From Eledone cirrhosa (Eukaryota): a stretch of 64,000 bases of DNA. The notes under the pieces are model-generated. The model had not been told where the DNA came from and did no database searches. It saw only the letters and a program-made list of their open reading frames with translations. A program made the translations under genes and the position numbers. Every line of letters begins with the position of its first letter. The stretch's first letter is position 1. The stretch is taken from contig OZ024760.1 of NCBI GenBank assembly GCA_964016885.1, forward strand, positions 34,038,001-34,102,000, written 5' to 3'. Positions 40,061 through 53,769 of the stretch are shown here, piece by piece.

Positions 40061-41882
40061 ATTAAGTTTGCTAAGGATAACTCTGACCTTACAAACGATG
40101 AAATTAAGATTATATTAGAAGCTAGGAAAACTATAGTCAAATTTGAGAACAGTTATTGGGTACGTAAAGATAGACCCTCTAACTTTGACATAACAATGGG
40201 CTCTAACGATTCGGCGGAAATAACTGATATTGTGGGGTTATTTATCGCCTTTAGACTCCAGGAAAAATTCAGCAATCTCCACGGCGGAATATACCGCGAC
40301 GATGTTCTCCTCCTAGCTAAAAACCTTAATAACCAAAAACTAGAAAAACTACGCAAAGATATAAGAAAACTACTACTCGAAATAGGACTAACTATAACAT
40401 ATGAATACAACCTTAAAGTAGTTAACTTCCTGGATGTCACACTCAATTTAAACTCTGGTTTGATTAAACCGTTTCATAAATTGAATGAAAATCTCAAATA
40501 CGTAAATGTTGGGTCTAACCACCCCATCTCTATAATTAAATCTATCCCTAAAAATATTTCCCTTAGAATCTCGGGTCTATCTTCTAACATACAAGTATTT
40601 AAGGAACACGCCGAGTACTACGATAACGCCCTTAGTAAAGCAGGCTACCTCAACAAAATAGAGTACATAGATGGGAACAATCAAAACACCCAAAATAAAT
40701 CCCACATAGGTAGATATAATAACACAACACCAAACCACACTTACTACCATAGTATGCACACCAGTAAACCAACAAACAAAACTAATAGAAAGCGATGCAA
40801 AGAGTACTTATGGTATAACCCCGAATACAATAGCTCCATTAGTACAAATTTACCAGTACTCTTCTTTAAAATAATTAAAAGACATTTTCCCACATCACAC
40901 AAATACCACAAAATCCTAAACCCTACCACTATAAGACTGTCATACTCTACAGCGTTAAACCTTGAACAACACATAAAAAAGATCAATACTAGAAGGTTAA
41001 ACGAAAACACTAAGAACTTAAGTACAAAGAACACAAAAAAAACAGTAGACAATACACTACAGAACATAAATAAACCACACCTAAGTTCGTCCGCAATACT
41101 ACTCCAGAGAAAACCCAACGTACACAACTGTAACTGCACCTATCCTGACAACTGCCCCCTCGGCAATAACTGCCTGGAAAAAAATATTATTTATAAGTGT
41201 ACCATTAAATCCGGAGGCAACGAGTGGTATTACGTGGGATCAACGGCAACATCGTTTAAATCTCGATTGTATAGGCATTCTTACTCAATAAAACACCAGA
41301 GCCAAAGAAATGTAACAACTCTAGCAGAAAAAGCTTGGACGCTCAGGGATAGCGATCAAAAGTTTACCCTAAAATGGGAAAAATTAGCTAAAACCCAAAG
41401 CTTTTCCAGGAGCCAAAATTTCTGCAAATTGTGTAATCTTGAGATTTATTACATAATCACACACAAGAAGAAACTGCTGAATAACAGAATTGAACGAACA
41501 TTATTCTGCCGTCACAGAACTAAAACCCTTTTTTCCCACTACAAGCCGAATATTACATAAAAGAGGGACATCCCCCAACTATATAAACCTTAATCTAGTT
41601 AGAAAAATATAAAAACAATCTCTTCTCAACATATATTAATAACCTTAAATTACCATACTAATAATGAAAAGATATGCTGATGAGAATAGGTACAAATATG
41701 CGATAATGAATGTGTCTAAAAACGTCCATAAGTATGTATATATATGTGAAAATGTATATAAATAAGTAAATATATATATATGTTTGATGTGTATAGTTAG
41801 ATGTAAGTGTATTCATGTATTAAAGTGCTTATATATATATATATATGTATATGTGTGTATATGTATGTTTGTGTATGTATGC

Positions 41883-41924
<42 letters not shown>

Positions 41925-42670
41925 GTATATATGTATGTATATATGTGTATGTATATATGTGTATATGGATGTGTATGTATGTGTATGTGTGTACACATGG
42001 ACTAGAGTATGTATGTATATATGTGTGTGTCTATACGTGTGTATATAAAGATAAGTTGAGTATGAAAATGTATACACATGAGCGCGTATGTATGTACATG
42101 AATACATGTGTGTATATATATGTGTATGCATGTGTATATATATGTAAGTATGAATATGTGAATTGTGTGTATATGTATTTTGTAGAGGTGTGCAAATATA
42201 TTTGTGTGTGAATGCGTGGGTGAAAGGATACGTACACTTGAAAGAAAAATTTAAGCCTGAATGTTAATTAAGTGCAAACACAAAACCAACCACGCATATC
42301 TTCACTATCTCTAATCCTTCTATAGATTTAGAAAAATAACCAATAATATATTCTATAAAAAATGTCAAAACAACAGATGGGAATCTAATTACTCACTGCC
42401 ACCAAGAATTCTCACTGCTATCGAAAAACCACTCCTTCAACTATTCTTCTAACAACTTCACCCCTCCCTCCTAATATTCTCTATAAAAACTAAATAGGTC
42501 CTCAGTAATATTATTCTGATGAAATGACAGTAAATAATAACATTGAAATATTGAATGTCTGCATAACTAAAAGTTTGTAGATAGCTGTTTTAGGTTATGT
42601 AACTGTTATAGAAACACGTGTCAATAAATTCCTTTCAACTAAACTGTATCCATTCAAATCTTTCTATTTA
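40061..42670 (+). mobile_element. Penelope-like element, 5'-truncated, with an intact RT C-half and GIY-YIG ORF ending at 41560
   Basis: FDITMGSNDSAEITDIVG, IYRDDVLL, VNFLDVTL, SNHP, CNCTYPDNCPLGNNC, NIIYKC...YYVGST..FKSR...H, CKLC..E, CRH. The 3' region carries a hammerhead and ends at (TA)n. Confidence 0.92.
42511..42627 (+). ncRNA. Type I hammerhead ribozyme in the PLE 3' pseudo-LTR, with a long stem II insertion
   Basis: UUAUU-CUGAUGA-aAUGACAGU...ACUGUUAUa-GAAA-CACGUG-UC^-AAUAA. Confidence 0.75.
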
Positions 42671-42694
42671 TATATATATATATATATATATAGT

Positions 42695-43212
42695 TAAAAG
42701 AATAGAGGTGTAACACACAAGTTATTATATATTGGTAAACGGAATAGAAAATGCTGACAAATTGTTCACAGTTGAAAAATGGTTTAATTAGGAATAAAAG
42801 AGTATTAGTGATTGTATTCAGTTGTGGTTTTAAGTTTTTAAGTTTTTACCGGTTGCGCATTTCTAAATGCTTTTCAAAAATAATTTTGAGATAGAGTGTC
42901 CGTGCTGTTTGCTCTGATCTGATTAGTTTTGGGAATTCTACCTGTTTTTATGTTAAAAAAGTGGCTCCAGCGTTATTTTTGTGTTACAAAAATGCTTGTG
43001 GTCAAAACAATTTTGATTGGTCGGTAGAGGTCATGTGAATGTAAAAAGTTAATTTTGCGCCAAGACTGTTTTTATGTTAAAAAAGTGGCTCCAGCAAAAA
43101 TTCTTGGTCAAAACAATTTTGATTGGTCGGTAGAGGTCATGTGGATAAAAAATTGGTTTTGCGCCAAGATTGAGAAATGACTCTTTCACAACAAATATGT
43201 GTGTGTATGTGT

Positions 43213-43296
<84 letters not shown>

Positions 43297-43365
43297 TAGT
43301 AGTAGTAAGGTGTTCGATGCTGCGACAATGGCCAGCAGCGATGTGTGTCAAATGGCTATTAAGAT

Positions 43366-43402
<37 letters not shown>

Positions 43403-43570
43403 GCAGAGTAATTCGATGGTCAGTAAGAATGTGTCTGAAAGCAATGGGGGGTATTTTAGCATGTCAAAAGATATTTTTCAGCTTTTGTCTTATACGGAGA
43501 AGTGCGTGTGTGTGTGTGTGTGTGTATAAGTCTCTTTGTATGTTGATGTACGCGTGTGTATGTGTTTGTG

Positions 43571-43615
<45 letters not shown>

Positions 43616-44120
43616 ACCAGTATTTTTTTCCCCCTGGTAAAATGGTGTACATTATTCGATTTTTTCAGTAACATTTTTTATCCAATTTTTTATCCACATG
43701 TCCTCTACCGACCAATCAAAATTGTTTTGACCAAGAATTTTTGCTGGAGCCACTTTTTTAACATAAAAAACAGTCTTGGCGCAAAATCAACTTTTTACAT
43801 TCACATGACCTCTACCGACCAATCAAAATTGTTTTGACCACAAGCATTTTTGCAACACAAAAATAACGCTGGAGCCACTTTTTAAACATAAAAACAGGTA
43901 GAATTCCCAAAACTAATCAGATCAGAGCAAACAGCACGGACACTCTATCTCAAAATTATTTTTGAAAAGCATTTAGAAATGCGCAACCGGTAAAAACTTA
44001 AAAACTTAAAACCACAACTGAATACTAACCCATACAATTACTAATACTCTTTTATTCCTAATTAAACCATTTTTCAACTGTGAACAATTTGTCAGCATTT
44101 TCTATTCCGTTTACCAATAT
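42695..44120. mobile_element. Inverted pair of a roughly 440-bp PLE-type unit separated by a (GT)n-rich spacer; variant hammerhead-like motif in each arm
   Basis: 42730-43155 is the reverse complement of about 43680-44120; motif UUGAAAA-GCAUUU ag AAAUGC-GCAA-CCGG-UA at 43959-43995. The same family forms the palindrome at 56340-56740. Confidence 0.75.
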
Positions 44121-44586
44121 ATATATATATATATATAATTGTTTCTAATTTTGGCACAAGGCCAGCAATTATCCAGTCTATTACTGGTACTTTATTTTAT
44201 CGACCCCGTAAGGATGAAAGGCAAAGTTAACCTCGGCAGGATTTGAACTTAGATCATAAAGGGACGTAACTCTATGCTTCAAAGCATGGCGTCCGACTCT
44301 ACCGATACTGCCAATCCACCGCCTTTATATATATATATATATAATGCAAAGGAAAGGTAATGTCTAGACACATGTATCCACACCATGACTGTTTGTAAGA
44401 ATTTCACAGGTGTAATGGTATAAGAAGATCTGATTATATATATATATATGAGAGAGAGAGAGAGGGCGGGGACCAAACGCATGGCATAACTTGTGGACTG
44501 AGGACAGAATCACGTTAGATAAAATTTGCTGGAATTTTGAAACATTAAAATCCGAACATTTTGGGGGGATGAGATTTAATTCTTAC

Positions 44587-44774
44587 CTGCTCCTTCAGAG
44601 AATGCGGTGCATAAGCCCGGTGCGAGGGCAGACACTTCTTTGGCTGCCTTAAAATAAGTGTCAATCTCAGCGTATAAAACTGCAAATGAGTTTGTATAAC
44701 CGACACTGCAGGCTGCAATGTACATGGCACATAATACATATGCCACCTGAGAAAGTCTTTTGGACCATCGTTTT
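44587..44774 (-). CDS. SLC16/MCT-like transporter, exon A (TM1-TM2); start exon lies further upstream and was not identified
   Basis: KRWSKRLSQVAYVLCAMYIAACSVGYTNSFAVLYAEIDTYFKAAKEVSALAPGLCTAFSEGAG; ttttcag acceptor and G|GTAAGA donor (phase 1). Confidence 0.8.
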
Positions 44775-44951
44775 CTGAAAATATACACAAAAAGAAACAC
44801 AAAATTAATTGTAATTTTAAAGTGTTGAAATATTCCGTAACAATGGAGTTGTGACAATAGTGTTTGTTAAGAATGAGACAAGGTTATAGTCGAATTTGTG
44901 ACTGAGTGTACAGTAAAACTACTAAGACTAGTTAAAAAGAGTTGTCTAGTA

Positions 44952-45114
44952 CAGTGGTTCCCGAATGGAGTTTCGTAAAGGAGTGTCTGGGCTTCCGTTA
45001 AAAAAGGTAGAGGAGTATACGACCATATATATTACGAGTATATAACAGTATTAGACTTTGAAGTTCCCCCAAAAGTTTCTGAACTAAAAAGGATACCGCG
45101 TTTGGAAGACCCTG
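44952..45114. mobile_element. hAT-like MITE
   Basis: Imperfect TIRs CAGTGGTTCCCGAA...TTTGGAAGACCCTG. Confidence 0.45.
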
Positions 45115-47358
45115 GTCTTCTCCATGAAAATAAAAATAAAGCCTTCTAGCCTCCCCTCCCCCCTTGCTGTCCTGCAGGTAAAAATGTGTTGTTATTGACA
45201 GATTTCCAGCAAGGGGTCAAATATTTCCATTGTTCATATTTCTGAACCGGTCTTGCCACCGAATCTGGATGTGTGTGTGTATGTGTGTGTGTGTGTGCGC
45301 GCGCGCGTGCGCGTATGTGCAGTGCCGGATTTAGGAGAAATGAGGCCCTGTGCTAGTTAAGCTATGACGCCCCTTCTTCTTCTTCTTCTTCTTCTTCTTC
45401 TTCTTCTTCTTCTTCTTCTTCTTCTTCTTCTTCTTCTTCTTCTTCTTTAACAAGTAACATGTCGGCCCTAATTGAGTACATCTATCATGTCACCACCACG
45501 ATCTTTAGTTATTATTTCTAGCAGAGGTTTTCTCGTATCTTCTGTATAGCTCCAGATTCTGGCGCTGGTCACGACAAAATGCGGACCTGGTGAAACTGTC
45601 TAGAACATGCTATTCAACTTTTCTTATCATTGGGGCGTGTGTATCCATCTCAACACATAATTTTGGTGTTAATGATATTAATACTATAACTATTTTTATC
45701 ACTGTTCATCAATTTTACAGAAAGCAACACAACATTTTTCAGAATATTGTCGGAAAAAAACTTTATTGTCGGAAAAAAACTTTGCAGTATTTGATCCGGC
45801 ACTCTACATTCTGAGTTCAAATCCTGCAAAAGTTTATTCTAATTGTTATCATGTTACTATTTTAACCATGAATTATGATGTACTTGGAGTGGAGATGCCG
45901 TGGGGAGAGAAGTGTGGTTAGAAAAGTACCTCATTGTTTAAGGGTTATTTCACCCAGTGGTGGTCCCGGCGGGCAGAATGGAGAAGAGTTTGTCCCGGAG
46001 GATGGTGAGGGAGACGTGCTGAATCAGCCACTCCAAAATGGCGGGGTTTGCTCTTTTGCAGATAGTCAACTGTGCCCCGATAACAATAAGTATGGAAAGA
46101 GAGATAGAGGGGTGTCAAGGAGAACGTTTATACAGGTTTTGTTCATGAACATTGATACTTTTCAAACTCCTTATCTTTTCTGTCTGTTTTTTTTTTTTTT
46201 TTTTTCGTTTATCTAAGACCTTCTTCTTCTTCTGGAGTGTCATGGGAGCAGAGTCCTCAAACACTCCACCCATCGGATCCTGCCAGAAGCAAATGTCCCC
46301 AAGTGATCCGGTTGGATCCCCAAGCGTGACCAGCCAAGCTCAAGGATGTTATCCAGCCATCTTGCTCATAATATTATCTCAGGCCTACCATTTATTCTGC
46401 CTTTGTACATCAAGTTCTATCTTTTCACTTTCTGTGAAGGCCACGCTTGAATTGTCATAGATTCAAACTAGGTCATCACTTTGACCTACAAACACCAAAC
46501 TGTTTACACAATTACCATGATAATTGATAATAACATTTTTGTATATTGATTCCATCCCCATTTAAACGGTTCGCTTGGCAGAGCGTGTAGAATGTTTTTT
46601 TTTTGTTTTTTAAACATTGGTGTGTGCCGCTGAGTATGTATGTATGTGTACCTCTGTGTGTGCTGCATGTTGTGTGTGTGTGAGAGAGAGAGAAAGAGTG
46701 TGCCTTTGTACGTGTGTATAACGGAGATTCTACAGCAATAGTTAAACGTAAAACGCCTGCTAAGGGTCATAATACTATCAGAAGGCCAAAATTTGTACGA
46801 AAGGAGCAGAAAATTATCGATATGAACCCCCAGAAAGTCAATAAGGGCCATTGTCAATTAACTCAAATTTTCAAGGCAAACTATGTGAGACAAAAGCTAA
46901 CGGTCTGATACGCGCAAAGAACTTGTTGGGCAAGTTCAAACATCAAGAGCTTGGACATGGATCGAGACCAAAATGTCAACCGAAGGAATGACGGTTATGC
47001 TGAGACCCAAAACATTAGGGGGCGGGGTAAATAAGTGTAATCTTCGTCTGGGAGAAGCGTTTGAAATTATTATTTCTAAAGTTATTCTTCTCAACTCCAA
47101 AAATGAGAAAATCCCTTCTTGTCCACATAGAACTTTTCACTCTTTCTTTTACCAAGTCCTCGACCCTCATTAAATATACATTTGGACATCCTTGTTTAAG
47201 ATTTTATTAACACCTTCAATATTACTCCCATATATCTTTTATACCCTAACTCTAGATTAAACTAGCTTATGTTTTATCTGTTAACCCTCTTATATTTCTG
47301 TATCTAATGAACCGATATTTTAAATCATTGCCATGTATGTGTTGGTCGCACACATATG

Positions 47359-47458
<100 letters not shown>

Positions 47459-47476
47459 CGCGCGCGCGTGTTTATG

Positions 47477-47564
<88 letters not shown>

Positions 47565-47699
47565 GTCATTACAATAACAGAAGTCTGATGTTGAGCTTTT
47601 GATTACAGAGTCGGTCCCGATCGCCACAGATCGAAACTTGAGCTGATCAATCGAGAAACTCGCATCACACCTCAATAAATGTAATGATGATTTGATACC

Positions 47700-50600
47700 T
47701 CGTCCATATAATCGGCAAGGCAGCCGAAGAATTTTTCGAAATCCAACACCACTGTACGGTCACGTACGTACAGTAAGCACGAAATCACGTAGGGTTGAAA
47801 GAGCCACGGAGGCTCAAATACAAAAAGCCTTAGGGTCTGTGTGGCAGCGGAAAACGCATATCACCCGAGGCAAGAAAAATGCCACCGTGGGCGTGCTTTT
47901 TGCCACACACCAGGAGGCAAAAGCTCAATCCTTAGTGACCCTAAGGAGCGAGGAAATGGTGTTGGTGCCCTCCTACTGCGGGCAAAAATTGTAAGGGTCA
48001 ACTGACCCAAGTCCCCCCCTCCCCGGGATGGCCCCTTCTTGGCTGGCCGCGTCTGTCCTCGTCGGAATCGAGGACAAAACAACCATACTGCAAGTACAGA
48101 AAAAAGTACGAGAAGATTGGGTCGGCACCTCCATTGAGATTTTAATTCAAACCGACCAGGAGTGTATCGAAGCTATCCCGGATGTGATAGACTTCGATAA
48201 CGGCACTCAACTTCCCATAAATGTTGAGGGCAAACACCCGAAATGCTTTCACTGTGGGTCGAAGACTCACCTCAGGGCCTTCTGCAATGAGAAGACCCTG
48301 AGAAAGGAGACCCCCCCTCCTTCCGAAACCGGCTCCACTGCTACCAGCAACAGGACAGGCGGCAAGCAGGAAGTATAGGTCCGTGGCACCCATACCCACG
48401 CCACGGAAATCAAGAACAGCAGTAGCAGTGGAAGTATCAACAACAACAACAGTAATACCAACTGCAGCTGCAACAGAGACTCCACTGCAACCATCACCAA
48501 CAAGAACAAGTGAAAGAGTGGAGCTGGTACCCCTCCCCGACCTCACAGAATCGGACATGGAGTGTGAGGTGGGAGAGGGATGGTAAAAGGTCGCAAGAAG
48601 GCACAAGCGCAGAAGCAGTGCATCGTCGCCTTCGAAAAGGGAGGGAAGAGATGAAAAAAGGGTGAAGAAAACTGCAAAGAGACTTACAGCAGCAACACCA
48701 CCAACACCATCACCACCCACACTAGCACTACCATCACCACCGGCGACAACCCCGCCGCCAACAACAACACCTTCAACACCACCACCACAAGCACCAACAT
48801 CGCAAATACAACAACAAAACACACACACCCAGGAACAACGATAAGAAAACAGCAAGGACACTCAACCGGAGAGTATACTCGGATATACTCACAGAAGAGC
48901 CGACAACCAGCCGAAGGAACGGTTCAACGGTCCCTTCACCAGACGATCAAGGTAAGTGATTCTTTCTCACTTGTCCCGTTCCTCACCCAACATGGCCGTA
49001 TTCAAGATCGGAAGTGTAAACGTGCGTGGCTTGAGCTCGGTTTGGAAGCTGGGTCACTTGCTTAACAACCTCAGGTCACTAAACATAGATGTGGTGGCCT
49101 TCAGCGAGACGAGAATTTCCGAAACGCAAGCTTTCGCACCGATCTTCGACGGTTACGAGGTGTACGCATCTCCGCCCCATCCGGGAGCGGGGGCCGGAGT
49201 GGCTGTGTTGTTTCGGAAAGGCTTGGGTCTCGCCATACGCACCATCTTACCAGAAGGTAAGTCGGTGGTGCTAAACGTGAACGGCACCGAAGGCAACAGA
49301 GGCAGGACGGCCAGATTTCTTCAGACTTCTAGAGACCTTTCTGGGAACGTCCCGCTCTTTAGTGTTAGTGGGCGACTGGAACGGTATCTTGGATGCACGC
49401 TGGGATTGTGTGGGGCTAGTGGATAGGGGAGGAAGGTGCAAGAGCCTCACCAACCTGCTCAGACGTTTTGAACTGTCTGACAGGTATCGACTGGATCACC
49501 CGAATGTGCCAATGTGGACATGGACAAACCGTATCGGGTCATCCAGATCGTATCTAGATGGGGTATTCTGCAGGGAACTAGATAAGGCTAGTATAGGTTG
49601 TCCACAATTTAAAATAGTCGACTACACGGACCACGAATTTGTGATCTGTGAGATCGACATAGACAGACATCATAGACAAGGACCCGGTTACTGGAAGCTG
49701 AACGCGTCTTTCCCGACGCGCAAAGCCTACAGAGACCGGATTAGCGTATTAGTTAAGCAGGCGTTAAAAAGGGCTATTAAAGTAGAGTTGATTAGGTTTA
49801 GCAAAGGACTAGTGATAGAGGAAAATAGAGTAGAGGGAGAGCTAGTCAGAAAGCTAGAAGAGGCATTTAGAATAGGCATCGAAACCGACGTGCTTGCGGC
49901 GAGATTGGCACTCGACCAATTCTTCAACGCAAAACACGAAGGCTGCGTTGTCAGAGCTAGAGCGCGTGTTCTGAAACACGAGGGGACGAAAGCTGTCCAA
50001 TGGGCCCGGGTGGCAGAGGCGCGATGTGGCAACAAAGCTACAATTCGGTCTTTGCCTGACCAAAACGGGCGCGTGTTGCTCGAACCCGAGCAGATGTGTG
50101 AGGCTTTTCAGCAGCACTTTGCTGAACTGTTCGGGAGCAGCGGCGGGCCGGATCGGAGTATGGACTTCAGTGCATACCTAAACGGACTGCCTCAGCTCTC
50201 GACGACCGCAGCACAGTGTTGCGAAAAGACAATAACAGCCGGTGAAATACGAGAATCGATGGCTAACTGCACGAGGGGTAAATCGCCAGGTTTGGATGGT
50301 CTGCCCTTCGAGCTTTATGCATTTATGCCAGACTTGTTCGGTGACATCTTGGCAGACGTCTACTGCAACTGGCAGCAGAACGGGAGCATTCCCAGTTTTG
50401 TGAGCCGGGAATCGGTGGCGCTGCTGAGAAAAGACCCGAACAAGGGGGATGTTATCGATAACGCAGAGTTCAAGATTTTGGCCAAGGTGTTAGCAACGAG
50501 GTTGGCGCTTGTCGTCGAGGATCTGGTGGGACAGGCGCAGACATGCGCCATTCCGAACAGATCCATACACGACAACCTCCACCTCATGCGATACATCGTA

Positions 50601-52572
50601 GAGAGGGTGGTTAAGGAACTTGGCACGGGTGGGGCTCTGATGAACTTGGATCAATCCAAAGCATTCGTTAGGGTTGACCATCGGTACTTGGCGGCGGTCA
50701 TCGAGGCAGCCGGTTTCGGGCCCGTTTTCAGGGGTTGGATCGCTGCGATGTACAGCGACATCTGCTCGGTTGTGAGGGTGAACGGTCACCTGTCGCAGCC
50801 GTTCAGCATCATGCGCTCGGTCCGCCAGGGTTGTACCCTCTCGTCCCTCTTGTACGTATTGGCTCTCGAGCCGTTACAGCACAAACTAGGGGCGATGAGG
50901 GGCGTCCTACGCGAACTAGGATGCGGGAAATCTGAGTCGGCTTACGCCGACGACGTCACCGTGGTGGTGTCGAGCACCAGACACGTCCAGCACCGCTCTC
51001 AAGGAATACGAAGCGGTGACAGGAGCAAAGATAAACTAGGAAAAGTCGGTAGGCTTGCAGCTCGGCACCTGGAGAGGCAAGTCCATGCCGTCCGACAGTA
51101 ACGTGGAACATTGGACGGACGGACCGGTTAAATTGCTCGGGGTCTGGTTCGTACCGGACCTCCAGATGGAGAAAAACTGGAGCGAGGTGACGAGCAGGAT
51201 GGCCTCCTTCACCCAGAAATGGGCCGAGAGGAAGCTGTCCCTGAAAAGCCGGGCGGAGGTGGCGAATGCGTACATCGCATCCGTCATCTGCTACCGCCTC
51301 ACCGTCGTCCATTTCCCCGGCCCAACTCTCACCAAAATGGAGCGCCTCCTCTTCGGCTTTTTGTGGAAGGGACGCGCTCCCATGGTCAGACGATCCATCT
51401 GCTGTCAACACGCGTTGCGTGGAGGACTGGGTATGCCATGGCTGATGATGCGCAAACATGCGCTGAGGCTGCGACATCTCTGGTGCTTCCTTGACGGTGA
51501 ACAGGTGTGGTCGCCGTTCGCCAGGCACGTTATGCCACAGCTCGTCTCCTTGACGGAGCTGCAGTCCTGGGTCAGGAAAAGACCGAGGGATAGCGCTTGG
51601 AAACTGGAATGTCTCCAGGCGCTCACTGCCCTCTGCCAGCTGGGCACCAGTATCGGTGGAACATCCACTTCGGCGTTCTATAGAGGACTAGTGGAGGGGA
51701 AAAGCGACGATGTTCTCGGAGAGATCCTGGGTTCGAAGAAGATCAGCTGTTTGCTCTCTTCCGGAGAACTTTCAGCCCAGGGCCTATGGATAACTTCCAA
51801 AAATCCCTGGCCTGGCAGTGCTACCGGAGAGCGTTGCCGGTTCGAGATAAGCTCTACAGACACGGAAGTGCCGTCAGCCGAGCTTATCCGAGATGCGCGC
51901 AGCGCGACGAAACCGTCGTGCACGTACTCGTTCAGTGCCCGAGCATTGCTGACTTGTGGAGCTATGTCGAACAGTTGCTGTCGCGTGTAGGACTGATCCG
52001 GTTATCGACTGAGTCCATTGTGCAGATGGTCTCGCCGTCTTCCTTCGAGGAGGAAGGGCAGGCGGTTTTCATCTGCCTGGTGGCCAAGAGATTGTGTGGT
52101 GGACAAGGTTGAAAGGGTTAAAGAGGGACACTTTCCTCTTCGGCGAATCCCTAATTAACTTTTTCAAGTTTCTCTTGAAGAGGAAAATCAGAGTGGAGAG
52201 GCAAGTGCTGCCTTCTAGCAAGTTTGTTGAAAGGTGGGTGAATGTAGCGAGATGGTCCGAGTGAATATACGCCTGTAGTTTGAGAAATGGAAAAATTGAG
52301 AGAGGGCGCTTGCCCTGGTGGTCAGGGTGGCCGTGGTCTTTTGTGTGGTTTTCGCTACGAGTAACCCTCGGAGGTTTCCCCCCTATTGGGGAATTTTTCA
52401 TTGTTTCAATTTTCATTTTTATTGTTTATATATATATATGTTTCTATGTCTTTTTCTTTTTCTTTTCTTATATAAATAATAAAAATCTTTACACGAACAA
52501 AACCCACATCGTACCGTCCTGTGCCGTCTGTAATGTTTTTCTTGATGTCAGCCCTTGTGGCCAATAAAGAAA

Positions 52573-52600
<28 letters not shown>
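47700..52600 (+). mobile_element. Near-full-length Tx1/L1-clade LINE (ORF1 with CCHC knuckle; ORF2 APE endonuclease plus RT), frameshifted
   Basis: ORF1 piece CFHCGSKTHLRAFC; ORF2 MAVFKIGSVNVRGL, SET, GDWN, SYLD, TDH, WKLN, KSPGLDG, LDQSKAF, AYADDVT, GGLGMP; 3' GCCAATAAAGAAATC(ATT)n. Confidence 0.92.
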
Positions 52601-52607
<7 letters not shown>

Positions 52608-52611
52608 GTTA

Positions 52612-53765
52612 TTACTCCTTGAGTCTCAGTCATTGATGTTAGTTAACTGTAAAGTCCGTTGGAATGAATATCAAGCCACTACCTGCAGCCTCAGATATTC
52701 AGGACGTATCGGAGGGTTCTTGCTGTTCCCAGCAAGCATGCCTTTTTAAGCGTTCCAAAAAGCGTGAATAGACGATTTTCTTTAACCATCCATGGAAACT
52801 TTTGGAGATAGTCCCCAGTGCGCCTATGACAATCGGGATCACTTTGACTTCATGGCAGTTCCAAATCCTTTTTACCTCCCACTTTAAGTCCTGGTATCGG
52901 TTAATTTTCTCCCTCTCCTTCTCTTGCACTCTCGTGTCGAATGGGTAGGCCACATCCACAATCAGGCACGATCTTTTTTCTTTGTCCAAAACCACCAGGT
53001 CAGGTCTATTGTGTTCCAGTTTCTTGTCCGTCTGTATCCTAAAATCCCACAGCACCTTCACCTGATCGTTCTCTATCACCGCCTCTGGCTTATGCTCATA
53101 CCATTTCTCAGAATGTGGTAAATTGTTTACTTTGCACAGGTGCCAGTGGAGCACCCTGCCCATCACATCATGTCTCCAGCCCTTATAGTGGGTCTGGGCT
53201 AGGTGTTTACACTCGGATACAATGTGAGCCACAGTCTCCTCTCTCTCTCCACAGATCCTGCACAGTGGGCTAGCCTCCTCCTTGTAAATATGGTGTTTCA
53301 ACCACTTCGTTTTGAGGGCCTGCTCCTGCGCAGCCATTAACATTCCTTCTGTAGCCTTTTTAAGGTCTCCTCTTCTCAACCAGTTCCATGTCTGTGGATC
53401 TCTAAATTCAGTTTTCTCAAAGAAGGTACTATGAAGGGATTTTTCCTGAAGGCTGCTCTTTCTCCTTGATGTTATTTCCTCCTTGGACATCCCCTGGCCT
53501 ATTGTCCCCTCCTTCAGTACAGTTCTGAGCATTGGCTCCTTACTATCAGTCACGTATTTGTGTAGGTTGTTTTTCTCCATCTGAACACAGTCCTCTATGC
53601 TGATAAGACCTCTTCCACCCTCAGATCTCCTTAAGTAGAGTCTATCGACATCACTCCTCTTGTGGAATATGTTGTAGATAGTCAATAGCTTCCTAGTCTT
53701 CCTATCCACTTCTGATGGAATGTTGCTGAACAAAGTTCAGCAACATTCCATCTCAGAATTCCCGC
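52612..53765 (-). mobile_element. R4/Dong-like LINE, 5'-truncated, tail to tail with the Tx1 element
   Basis: Closely similar to 35945-37070 (REL domain); shares the (ATT)n tract at 52575-52612. Confidence 0.9.
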
Positions 53766-53769
53766 ATTA

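Noticed and set aside
40061-41560. Naiad-type selenoprotein PLE
   Set aside because: The endonuclease is C-terminal and the cysteines are normal codons with no in-frame TGA.
41673-41730. Hammerhead-like motifs at 41673 (+) and 12821-12896 (-)
   Set aside because: CUGANGA and stem I are present, but GAAA is missing and stem II is weak; at best these are decayed copies.
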